64,000 bases of DNA from Octopus sinensis (GCF_006345805.1 NC_043008.1:19282001-19346000); one strand, 5' to 3'. Shown: positions 1 through 11,660, counted from the first letter of the stretch. A program made the numbers and translations. The notes: generated by a model not told the origin, from the sequence alone.

Positions 1-563
1 ATCACAATCATGCCCTGATACAGTGCTAGGCTGTGGCTCTCGTGGCTTCTTATCTTAACTGACTGGAAGTGTTATCATGTACATTGTTTTGTCTTGGTAT
101 AAAAGATGGGCTACAGCAAATAGTCTGCTCAATACTACAGATTTGCTTATCAGTTGCTTGACTCTAATTAGTTGAGCATGTCCCTTAGTGGCTGACAATA
201 TGTGCATCTCTGATCACAAGCAGTAGTGGGGGAGCATCATAGCCATGTGTTGACTGGAATTTTTTGAGGTTTGGATAATTCACCGCTGGAAACATGGGTG
301 TTTTGTTCAACATCCTTAAACAACCCTTATTCAGGGACCATTTGAGTGGGATGAGCTACTTGCCCTGAAGATGGGCCCCACTTGCAAGGTCATGTGCTGC
401 TTATCTTGATATGAGATCACTATGTCCCGCACATATGGTTGTGATGCATGTGCCTGGTGTACCCTTATCAGAATGGTAGTCATGATGGGTATACTGGGCT
501 TCGTATATTTTACCCCAGTGTCACTTTAATGGCATGCGCTGCCTCTCTCACTCAATAATAATA
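1..563 (+). mobile_element. 3' end of a non-LTR retroelement-like repeat with (AAT)n tail
   Basis: Non-coding, moderately GC-rich segment ending ctcactcAATAATAATAAT; class inferred from the tail only. Confidence 0.45.
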
Positions 564-1324
564 ATCCTTTCTACTATAGGTACAAAACTTGGAATTTGGT
601 GGGAGAGAACTAGTTGATTATATCAACCCCAGTGTTTCACTGGTACTTAATTTATCAACCCTGAAAGGATGACAGGCAAAGTTGATGTTTGACTAATACT
701 TATTATATCAACCTCAAAAGGATGAAAGTTAAAGTTGACCACGGTGGAGTTTGAACTTAGACCACAAAGACAGATGAAATGCCACTGAATATTTTCTTTG
801 GCATGCTAATGATTCTGCCAGTTCACTGCCTTTATCATAATAATAATAATCATCCTTTCTACTAAAGGCACAAGGCCTGAAATTTGTTGGGGCGGGGGAC
901 TAGTCGATTACATTGCCCCTAGTGTTTCAATGGTGCTTAATTTATCGACTCCAAAAGGATGAAAGGCAAGGCTGACCTCAGCAGAATTTGAACTCATAAT
1001 GGAACAACGGGCAAAATACCACTAAGCTTTTCTTCCAGTGTGCTAACAATTCTGCCAGCTCACCGCCTTGATAACAATAATGATAATAAATATTATTTCA
1101 AATTTCTGCCACAAGGGCAGCATGGAGGAGGTGGGGATGTGTCGCTTACATCAACCCTAGTATTTCAAAGGTACTTATTTTATCGATCCCGAAAGGATGA
1201 AAGGCAAAGTCGACCTCGGTAGAATTTGAACTCACAACACAGTGGCAGATGAAATACCCCTCAGCATTTCATCCAACACACTAATGATACTGCCAGCTCG
1301 CCACCTTAATAATAATAACAACAT

Positions 1325-1810
1325 GAATGATATTATTTACATTAAATGGATATTTGTCCTCATCCTGTTTGTTGTGAACACATTTCGACTAATATACCCT
1401 CCAGCCTTCTTCAGATATCTTGGAGAAATTTTGAACCTGGGTTCTCATTCCTAAGGTATTTATTGATGTTATTAATTTTATTATTATTATTATTGTTAGT
1501 GTTCAGGGCACTGCTTGGAATCGAACTTGGAATATTGGGGTTAGTAGCCTGCACTCTTAACCACTACGACATATGCCCAAGTTCAATTCCAAGCAGTGAC
1601 CTGAACACTAACAATAATAATAGTAATAATAATAACTTCGAAGAATACCTTAGGAATGAGAACCCAGGTTTGAAATTTCCCCAAGACACCTGAAGAAGGC
1701 AGGAGGGTATATCAGCCGAAATGTTGTGTTAACAACAAACAAGATGAGGACAAATACCCGTCAAATGTAAATAATGTACGTAATTCCTCATCTCTTAAAT
1801 ATAGAACATG
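1325..1810. mobile_element. Inverted dimer of a tRNA-headed element with a Penelope-type hammerhead motif
   Basis: Arms ~1325-1530 and ~1577-1780 are reverse complements; tRNA-like A/B boxes on - strand 1510-1576; CTGAAGA...GCCGAAA core in both arms. Confidence 0.7.
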
Positions 1811-1844
1811 AATGATGATAATGCTGAAAAAGTATATATAAAGA

Positions 1845-2262
1845 CCGTACGACAGGCACCCTTGCCAACCCCCTTTGCTTGTGAAGACATGTTGGGGCAA
1901 GCGAAATCGAAATCGAATTGAACCAGCCAGGATCCCTGGTCTGGTGGTACGTAAAAAGCACTATCCGACTCGTGGCCGATGCCAGCACCGCCTCGACTGG
2001 CTTCCGTGCCGGTGGCACATAAAATACACCAATCTGACCGTGGCCGTTGCCAGCCCCGCCTGGCACCTGTGCAGGTGGCACGTAAAAAGCACCCACTACA
2101 CTCACGGAGTGGTTGGCGTTAGGAAGGGCATCCAGCTGTAGAAACATTGCCAAATTAGACTGGAGCCTGGTGCAGCCTTCTGGCTTCCCAGAACCCCGGT
2201 CGAACCGTCCAACCCATGCTAGCATGGAGAACGGACGTTAAACGACGATGATGATGATGATG
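1845..2262 (+). mobile_element. Family C: 5'-truncated RTE LINE 3' UTR copy with (GAT)n tail
   Basis: Same sequence as the 3' UTR after the RTE ORF at 27020-28133; ends aaacgacGATGATGATGATG. Confidence 0.8.
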
Positions 2263-3419
2263 AAAGACATCAAATAAAAAGATGAAAAAAAAGCCTTACT
2301 TTTGCTTCGTACAAGAGAGGGCCATGATAGCACAGTACCCTTTCACCTTGAAATAGAGAAAAAGAAAATACACGAGTCAGGAAAATAGAAATACAAAGAG
2401 CCTAATCAGTAATTACATCATTAGGCAAAAATTTAATTAACATCTGATGAGGTAGCATTGTTATTATAAACACATTCTACCAGTATACAAAGTTTCAAAT
2501 TTTTTAGTTACCTAGAAATTATGTTAAAATCTGCCTTTCAAACCGAAAAGATCCTGGTTGGGATTCTTGTTTAAGCATCCCATATAACAATCCCTCATAA
2601 CTTTTGCTTTTTGGAATTTTCAGAAAAGTTTTGTGAATTTGTGTTCTACACAAGGGAATTCATACGATTTTTGAAAAAAAAAAGATTTATAATTTTTTAA
2701 CCCTTCCCTCCAAGATCCCAGATGAACCAATATCAAGGCAGGAAAATTCAAGAGGGCAGCGGTATCGAACTCCCTCCTTCACCAAAAGCCGGTCTCATAG
2801 AATTGGCCAATTAAAAGGCGATTACACTGGGGAGAAAAATATTGAAAATAACATCAATACATGTTAGAGTAACCGAGAAGCGAGGACGCTATCAGGTGGT
2901 AGTGAGATGTGCTAAAAACGACAGCTAAATCGCCCTGAAATCTCACACAATTCGCCAAAATTTTCTGAAAATTCCCCAAAATAAAAATATAAACATATAT
3001 ATATATATATAGGCGGAATTTTGGTTTAAGCACCCTATATAATCAATCCTTCATAACTTTTTTGTTATGTTAAACTGTCCTATGTCCAAATGTGATTTTT
3101 TTTTCAATATTTATTTTTGCTTGCAATAGCAGGTTCTTTTAGTCAAACTATCGTATCTCCAGCTACTTCAGATGTCAAAATATCAAAAATTGTAAAAGTA
3201 TAGTACAACGGTTTTACTAGGGAATGGTGAAACTATTTTTTCGTTTTCTGAGGGAAAAAAAAGGGGCAACGCTTTGGACTTACGACACTTTTGCATAATA
3301 GCAACGATTATCACAAAATGTAGTTTTAAATTATTTATATTACGTTCTACCATCAATAATACAAGGGAAGTAACTGTTGGTAGTTAAATAAGACTTAGTC
3401 GACGAAACATCAGAAAGCT

Positions 3420-3830
3420 TTCAAGTACTTGCTAACAGAAAGGCCAAAACCTTATATGACGGGTGATAGCGTTTTCCCTGAAAACCTTCTGCTGTTCAGC
3501 TCTCTCCCGAGTTTCTTACAACCTATTCCCCTCTGCGGGGAATACAAAATTTCTCTTGAGCCTGCATCAAATCCATATCATCTCTTCTCCCAGATATCCA
3601 CCCTTGTACGTTCACCAAGAAAAACTTACTATCGAGGTGCTTAGTTCTAACGTTTCTCCTTTTCAGAAGTTCAATGCATATCACTCCACTATTCCAAAGA
3701 TCTAAAAGCCAGTTTGTCAGAGTGTTCAATGGTTGTTTCTGTGACAAAACACAGATTCTTCAGAGTTTCACTATTAGAATTCTGTTTCCCTGTTTTGGAC
3801 AGTAGGTTTTGTAAGGAGCAAAGAATACGC
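3420..3830 (-). pseudogene. Possible decayed retroelement RT remnant (Penelope-like thumb region)
   Basis: One - frame reads ETRERAEQQKVFRENAITRHI, resembling the ELEHLKKVFRxNGYPRxxI motif of PLE RT; several stops; weak. Confidence 0.3.
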
Positions 3831-3871
3831 ATTGTAAACTGTGTATACACACACACACACACAAATATATG

Positions 3872-4728
3872 TATGAGGGTGAGTCAAAAGGTAATGCCAT
3901 TTGGGGATCTTTTCGGTTTGAACGGCAGTTTTTAACTTAATTTCTAGGTAAACTAAAAAATTTTAAACTTCGTATACTGGTAGAATGTGTTTATAAAACA
4001 TCTCTTTCTCTTGGCTTTATTGAGAAAATTCTATGGTTTGTAAGATATTTGTTGTTGTTTTTTCTTCAATTTCTGCAATTTCAACCAATCAATGACGTCC
4101 ATTGAGTTGAAAACATTCTGTGCCGTATGAATATGTCCCTCGTTTAAGAAACAGATTGGGTTTATTTACATTTGTGAAGAAAAAAAGATACCCTTCCACC
4201 CACCCCTAACCCTAAAACAGGTTGAAATGCAATAGATCGATACTAGGGTCATAATTATGGGTGACAATTTCATATGACACCGCTAGAAAAAACTGCCATT
4301 TTCTCTAGCGGTGTCATATGAAATTGTCACCCATAATTATGACCCTAGTATCGATCTATTGCATTTCAATCTATTTTAGGGTTAGGGTTAGTTAGGGATG
4401 GGGGAAGGGTATCTTTTTTTCTTCAGAAATGTAAATAAACCCAATCTGTTTCTTAAACGAGGGACATATTCATACGGTACAGAATGTTGTTTACCTCAAT
4501 GGACGTATTTGATTGGTTAAAATTGCCTAAATGCAAGAAATTAAAGACGAAATATGTTACAAACTATAGAATTTTCTCAAGAAAGCCAAGAGAAAAAGAT
4601 GTTTTATAAACACATTCTACCAGTATACGAAGTTTAAAAGTGTTTAGTTACGTGGAAATTATTTTAAAAAACTGTCGTTCAAACCGAAAAGATCCCAAAA
4701 TGGCATTACCTTTTGACTCACCCTCATA
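3872..4728. mobile_element. 857-bp foldback element with mariner-like TIRs and TA TSD
   Basis: TA|TGAGGGTGAGTCAAAAGGTAATGCCATTT at 3872 mirrored at 4728; whole interior is an imperfect palindrome around a 16-nt loop (4288-4303). Confidence 0.85.
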
Positions 4729-4812
4729 CATATATGTGCGTGTGTGTATTCATGAGTGTGTATGTATACACAGTTTACAATGCGTATTCTTTGCTCCTTA
4801 CAATTATATATA

Positions 4813-4872
<60 letters not shown>

Positions 4873-5549
4873 TCCTTACAGTTAAAAACTGCCGTTCAAA
4901 CCGAAAAGATCCGGAGGCCTTTCTATAGGACAAACATTTGTGGCTTGCAGAAGGTAGATTTCCATGAATGGATAACTGCCTGTCTTCCATAAAAAGAAAA
5001 AAGCTGCTTAGGCCTACACATATATATGCAGCTACAGGGTTATACTGACCGGCTGAGGGCAGCGAGATGGCTGAACCGTTAAGCGGCATCTCGTCCGTTT
5101 TCTCTTTCTGAGTTCAAATTCCACCGAGATCCACTTTTCTTTTCATCCCTTTCGGGGTCGATAAAATCGGTACCAGTTGAGCACTGGAGTCGAGGTAATG
5201 ACCTTATCCTCTCTCCCGAAATTACTGGGTTTTGCGCCAAAATTTGAAGCCAATAATGACCGATAAAAATCTTATATATAACTAAACGTAATACGCAAGC
5301 GAGTAAATAAGGACCCACTGATTACATCTTCCTGTCCTGGTAACTGCTCATTCGCGGGGTTTGATCTGGAGCTAAACATATCCATTCGAAATAAAGCAAA
5401 ATCTCAAGCTGAATTCGAGAACCGATTGTTATTCTTTTGAATCCCAAACTCCTGACCGTAAACATTCCACCCTTGGGCCCTTATCCGATGAGCCAAGTTG
5501 GTCAGTTAAAACTAGGCAGCTAAATCGTCCTCAAACACCAACAGATTAC

Positions 5550-5690
5550 AGTTCTATATTTAAGAGATGAGGAACTATGTACATTATTTACATTTGACGG
5601 TTGATAAAGGCTGGCGGGTTTATCAGCCGAATCTTTGTGTTAACAACAAACAAAACGAGGACAAATATCCGTCAAATGTAAATAATGTAC
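5550..5690. mobile_element. Second, truncated foldback copy of the 1325-1810 hammerhead element
   Basis: Reverse complement of its 3' tail followed by a forward copy from ggctg...cagccgaa to gtcaaatgtaaataatgtac. Confidence 0.7.
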
Positions 5691-5917
5691 CAACAGATTA
5701 AGCCAAGATATAGACAAAAGGGCTGAAATACCTTTCATGATAAGGTCTGCTTGATTAGAGTTGACCTCAGGTTAAATACCAATAACAATGTCCAGTCTAT
5801 CCTTTGTTTAAAACTGCGCGATTTGAGGAAAATTTCGATGTTATGTATAGCAGGGCGAGAAATCATGTGGAGTCTTCGTTCTCTATTTAAGACAGTGAGG
5901 TATGGGTTGAGATATAG

Positions 5918-6138
5918 GGTACTACTAGCGAACAGTGGTCCCGGTGCGCGCACATGCTAGACGTAAGTAGTCGATCCTAAATAATTTTTTAAACTAAGTA
6001 AATAAATTATTTTTATAAACAAACTAAGGTTAGGGTTAGGTTTAGGTTTTAAAAAGTCGTTGTAGGATCGACTACTTAGGTCTAGCTAGCGCGGATGCGC
6101 GAGTGCGCGCACCGGGAACACTGTTCACTGGTACTACC
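5918..6138. mobile_element. Mutator-like MITE with 9-bp TSD
   Basis: GAGATATAG at 5909-5917 and 6139-6147; ~36-bp imperfect TIRs starting GG; inner IR ctagac.taagtagtcgatcct; partial copy at ~8475-8545. Confidence 0.85.
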
Positions 6139-7282
6139 GAGATATAGCTGCTATTTCGAGCGACCACGTAGAGGATCCCTTCTCATTTGTGATAGACACC
6201 GATTTGAAAGTGATGCGGCTGCTGTTTCTAGCAAACCGAAATACTGCAAAGAGGTTTCGATGTTGGTTCACTGTGAACCGATTTCGATGTTCAGTGGAAG
6301 TCAATTCAATTCACTTGCATCTTTAAATGCACACGAGGAAAGCATGAACATTACGACATTCCATTCTTTTCTCTCACCTCCAAATTATGATGCCTTGCTT
6401 ATATTAACGAAAATTTCTTTGTATTAACTATATGGCGGGGTTATGCCTGCAAGTATTCAACCATGACCAAAGAGTATTTTACTCCAGGTAATATAAATGC
6501 AACCTTTTTTAAAGATGATATGATGCGATTTAATACATGCTTGGCTGACGATTCTAGAAGGTAGAACGATCGCGAAATGGATTGCTTTGTTTGATCATAG
6601 CACATAGTAAAGAATTTGTCTCGAATGTCGAAATAATTTCTTGCAATAAATTTTAGAAAGAGAAACATGGGAACTGAAAACCCTAAATATACGTGTGTGT
6701 GTGCATAAGAGAAAAACTTTCCATTTATCCAGAAATAGCAAGATAAACAGACATATCAAACGTATTTAATAGGTATGTGCATGTTTGTGTGTGTATATAT
6801 ATATATATAAGCGATCTTATGAATATATATATGTATTCTGACTCGATCAAAACGAACACACACACACATATATATATATATACATATATGCACTTAAATC
6901 CATTCCAAATACTCTTACACCGTTTTCTTCGACTTGAGTATATATATTATACCAAGCACAAAACATGAAGAATCACGTGAGCTGTATATATACACATACA
7001 CGCACATGAGTCGTCTAAAAAATACAATCCGATTATATATATATATATATAAATCGAACGGCTTTTGTGTGTTTCTTAAATGGCTTACAAACACCTTCCA
7101 CGCTGCAATTGTTTTCGTTTCAGCACACGATCTCAGATCAAATCACTTGCTATGCGAGTACATCTCCGTAATATATATATATCAATAATAATATAGGGTG
7201 AAATTAATTAATTTGGAATAATCATTAATTTCACCAAGTAGATTTCGGCATGTAAAAGCCCCATTCAAGGAAGGTTTAAGTA

Positions 7283-7454
7283 ATACTAAGTAATTAAGGG
7301 TTTAACAACGATTTGCCTCACCACACACCGAATTTAGAAATAGCAGTCAAAGATCCCTTTTAAGTAGAAAGAATAGCCATAACTCTTTGACTGCTATTTC
7401 TAAATTCGGTGTGTGGTGAGGCAAATCGTTGCTAAACCCTTAATTACTTAGTAT
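7283..7454. repeat. Long hairpin, 71-bp arms (1 mismatch), 30-nt loop
   Basis: 7283-7353 is the reverse complement of 7384-7454. Confidence 0.95.
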
Positions 7455-7784
7455 ATATATATAATATACATACAAACAAACACAACACAACACAACATAG
7501 ATGCATATAACGAAGATACAAAGATACAAACCTTCAATGAACTTCATTTTGGGAGGCATTCTTTCCGGCTTGTGTTGTGATGTTTAGCAAGGGTTTTTTC
7601 CTGTTTTTTTTTTTTTTTAAATGCAATTGTTTGAAAATGGACTTTTTGATGTGGGATGATGAAAGAGAGCGATACCACTGTCGTTTAAGCAGGAGCACAA
7701 ATTAAGGGGGGAAGATGATTAAAGGGCCAATATATATTCAATCAAGACTATTCTTGTACGCATGTACCTCCGTACATACTTAAG

Positions 7785-7826
<42 letters not shown>

Positions 7827-7905
7827 ATATATATAATATATATATATATATGCGTGTGTATTTAGCTATGGATATACAAATACATATACATATACATACA
7901 TATAT

Positions 7906-7937
<32 letters not shown>

Positions 7938-8672
7938 AACTAAAATCTGGCGGGTGAATAGTGTTGATTTCCTTCAGTTGTGCCCTACGTCATCATAACG
8001 TGCGCAAACGTCATTTGTTGGGGGAGAAATTTCGCTGTTTTTCTTCGGTTTTGTTGAAAGCAAGACAGGCACTCTGGTTTTTAGGTGATGTTTAGATGTA
8101 AGTCCTCCCGAAATTATTGTTCCGCCTCCCGATGACCCTGCCCGATCCCAACGTGGAACCGCACCGTTTTCGTTTCGTTTAGGATGATTTGTTTCACTTA
8201 CGTGTTTGTGTGATGTTGTTAACGCGCATTTATTTTGGAAGCTGGCTCTCTCTCTCTCTCGCTTATTAAGGGTGTCTGAGAGACACCACCATGCCGAAAT
8301 AGCAGTCAAATCCCTGACTCTAAAAACCACCTTAAATGTTCATATCGCACCATGAGATAAGACAGAGGGACAAAATAGATTAACGAAATATATATATTTG
8401 TGTGTATGTATATGTATGCGTATATATGTATATATATAATGTTTTTAAGACAAAGTAAATAAAACACAAAATAAGGATCGACTAGTCACGACTAGCTAGC
8501 GCGGATGCGCAAGTACGCGAGTGCGCGCACCGGACCACTCTTTTAAAATAGTACTGTATATATATGTGTGTGTGTGTGTGTGCGTGTGCATATATATATA
8601 TATGTATGTATATATATGTTGTATATATTGTGTGTGTGTGTGTGTGCATATACGTTGTATATATAATATATA

Positions 8673-8972
8673 GGATCTTTTCGGTTTGAACGGCAGTTTT
8701 TTCTAGCGGTGTCATATGAAATTGTCACTCATAATTATGACCCTAGTATCGATCTATTGCAATTCAATCTATTTTAGGGTTAGGGTTCAGGGTGGGGGGA
8801 TGGTATCTTTTTTTCTTCAGAAATGTAAATAAACCCAATCTGTTTCTTAAACGAGGGACATATTCATACGACAGAGAATGTATTTTACCTCAATGGACGT
8901 CATTGATTGGTTGAAATTGCAGAAATTGAAGAAATCATTTTAAAAAACTGCTGTTCAAACTGAAAAGATCCC
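8673..8972. mobile_element. MITE with ~29-bp TIRs GGATCTTTTCGGTTTGAACGGCAGTTTTT, TA-flanked
   Basis: TIRs at both ends; same family forms the interior of 3872-4728; further end fragments at ~2466-2555 and ~4876-4911. Confidence 0.8.
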
Positions 8973-9204
8973 TAGTCTGAAATAAGTATTTAAAAATTCA
9001 GTGAAAATAAGAATTATATTTATAAACACAGCATCTTTTTTTATTCACAAAACCAAATGCCAAAGATTGGATTAATAAAAGATACTAAGTTGTTCCCCTT
9101 AGAATATATATTTATTTTTAATAGGAAACTCTAACAGCATCGGATCTCTCTATCAGCCTTCCAGAATCTCCAGGAATCTGGGCACACCGTGATATACCTA
9201 TTTC

Positions 9205-9432
9205 TTTACTACCCACAAGGGGTTAAACACAGAGAGGACAAACAAGGACAGACAAAGGGATTAAGTCGATTATATCGACTCCAGTGTGTAACTGGTACTT
9301 ATTTAATCGACCCCGAAAGGATGAAAGGCAAAGTTGACCTCGGCGGAATTTGAACTCAGAACGTAACGGCAGATGAAATACGGCTACGCATTTCGCCCGG
9401 CGTGCTAACGATTCTGCCAGCTCGCCGCCTTC
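9205..9432 (-). mobile_element. SINE family A (tRNA-derived head), full copy
   Basis: - strand AAGGCGGCGAGCTGGCAGAA (A box) ... GAGTTCAAATTCC (B box) ... tail GTGGGTAGTAAAGAAATAGG; about 20 related copies in the window. Confidence 0.85.
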
Positions 9433-9572
9433 ACACCGTGCAATACCGTTCATACCTTGTACCCTGCACTGAATAAACAAACCCTCTTTTTGAAGTTGGT
9501 TAATTTGCATACAGTGTGTTAATCTGTACCGGTATTTGTTGAATAAAATGGTTCCTATTTTTTTCTTCCTTC

Positions 9573-10305
9573 AAAGGCGGCGAGTTGACAGAAACGTTAG
9601 CGCGCCGGGCGAAATGCCGTTACGTTCTGAGTTCAAATTCTGCCGAGATCGACTTTGCCTTTCATCCTTTCGAGGTCGACAAATAAAGCACCAGTTACGC
9701 ACTGAGGTCGATGTAATTGACTTAATCCCTTTGTCTGTCCTTGTTTGTCCCCTCTATGTTTAGCCCCTTGTGGGCAATAAAGAAATAAGAAACGTTAGCG
9801 CGCCGGGCGAAATGCCTATTCCTATTACATCTGCTGTTACGTTCTGAGTTCAAATTCCGCCGAGGTCGACTTTGCCTTTCATCCTTTCGGGGTCGACAAA
9901 TAAAGTACCAGTTACGCACTGGGGTCGATATATCGACTTTATCCGTTTATCTGTCCTTGTTTGTCCCCTCTGTGTGTAGCCCCTTGTGGGCAATAAAGAA
10001 ATAAGAAACGTTCGCGCGCCGGGCGAAATGCTTATTCATATTACGTCTGCCGTTATGTTCTGAGTTCAAATTCTGCCGAGGTCGACTTTGCCTTTCATCC
10101 TTTCGGGGTCGATAAATAAAGTACCAGTTACGCACTGGGGTTGATCTAATCGACTTAATCCGTTTGTCTGTCCTTGTTTGTCCCCTCTATGTTTAGCCCC
10201 TTGTGGGCAATAAAGAAATAGGTATTTCATCTGCCGCTACGTTCTGAGTTCAAATTCCGCCGAGGTCGACTTTGCCTTTTATCCTTGTAGGCAATAAAGA
10301 AATAT
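9573..10305 (+). mobile_element. Head-to-tail tetramer of SINE family A
   Basis: gttctgagttcaaattc at 9624, 9841, 10057, 10241 (periods 217, 216, 184). Confidence 0.9.
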
Positions 10306-10490
10306 ATTTTTCTTCCTTCAGTTTTCATCCTATAAATAGTATACTGTACACCTGGAATAGTATGATATATTTTATGAATTCCTAATAGATTAACAAACTT
10401 TAAATAAACGGTGATTTAGAAGTGCATTTATTTAAATCTGCTAAACACAATTTTGTTCTTTACTTTTCATACTGTATTATATATTTCATA

Positions 10491-11088
10491 TAGGCGTGGC
10501 TCTATGGTAAGAAGCTTGCTTCCCAGCCAAATGGTTCCAGGTACAGTCCCACTGCATGGCACCTTGGGCAAGTGTCTTCTTCTATAGCCACGGGCTGACC
10601 AAAGCCTTGTTAGTGGATTTGGTAGACGGAAATTGGAAGAAGCGTATCTATTTCTTTACTACCCACAAGGGGCTAAATACAGAAGGGACAAACAAGGACA
10701 GACACACGGATTAAGTCGATTATATCGACCCAGTGCGTAACTGGTACTTATTTAATCGACCCTGAAAAGATGAAAGGCAAAGTCGACCTCGGCGGAATTT
10801 GAACTCAGAACGTAGCGGCAGACGAAATACTGCTAAGCATTTCGCCCGGCGTGCTAACGATTCTGCCAAAGTGTATCGTATATGTGTGTGTCTGTGTTTG
10901 TCCCCCCTACCATCGCTTGACAACCGATGTTGGTGTGTTTACGTTCCCATAAATCAGCGGTCCGGCAAACGAGACCGATAGAATAAGTACTAAGCTTACA
11001 AATAATAAGTCCTGGGGTCTATTTCTTCGACTAAAAAAAAAACCCTTTAAGACGGTGCTCCAGCACGGCCGCAGTCAAATGACTAAAA
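10491..11088 (+). mobile_element. SINE family B with a family A copy (-, ~10647-10868) nested at its internal microsatellite
   Basis: B head, then inverted A copy, then B tail ending cagtcaaatgact. Confidence 0.8.
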
Positions 11089-11268
11089 TGAATATATATT
11101 TTTTCAAAGTCTCTAGAAAACCAGAAGATCCGATGTTCCGGGACATTTCCTGTCCCCATTTCTCCTGCTTGCCGGATCGTTGATTAAATTCGTGATTAAA
11201 TTATTTGTTGTTTAGAAGGATATGTAAGAAATCAATATCATTCTCGGCAATCCTTCGGTATTAATATT

Positions 11269-11660
11269 TGGAAGCACTCCGTCGGTTACGACGACGAGGG
11301 TTCCGATTGATCCGAATCAACGGAACAGCCTGCTCGTGAAATTAACGTGTAAGTGGCTGAGCACTCCACCGACACGTGTACCCTTAACGTAGTTCTCGGG
11401 GATATTCAGCGTTACACAGAGAGTGACAAGGCCGGCCCTTTGAAATACAGGTACAACTCATCAACAGAAACAGGAAGTAAGAGTGAGAGAAAGTTGTGGT
11501 GAAAGAGTACAGCAGGGATCACCACCATCCCCTGCCAGAGCCTCGTGGAACTTTAGGTGTTTTCGCTCAATAAACACTCATAACACCCGGTCTGGGAATC
11601 GAAATCGCGATCCTACGACCGCGAGTCCGCTGCCCTAACCACTGGGCCATTGCACCTCCA
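11269..11660 (-). mobile_element. SINE family D (tRNA-Arg-like head, TCG anticodon region)
   Basis: - strand tggagg.gcaatggcccagtggttagggcagcggactcgcggtcg...ttcgattcc; another copy at 53972-54298 (+). Confidence 0.8.

Noticed and set aside
4375-4400. GGTTAGGG tracts (also ~6030-6050, ~8775) as interstitial telomere
   Set aside because: Only 1-2 imperfect units and always internal to MITEs.
11600-11660. tRNA-like sequences at SINE heads as tRNA genes
   Set aside because: No complete acceptor stem; all continue into SINE bodies.
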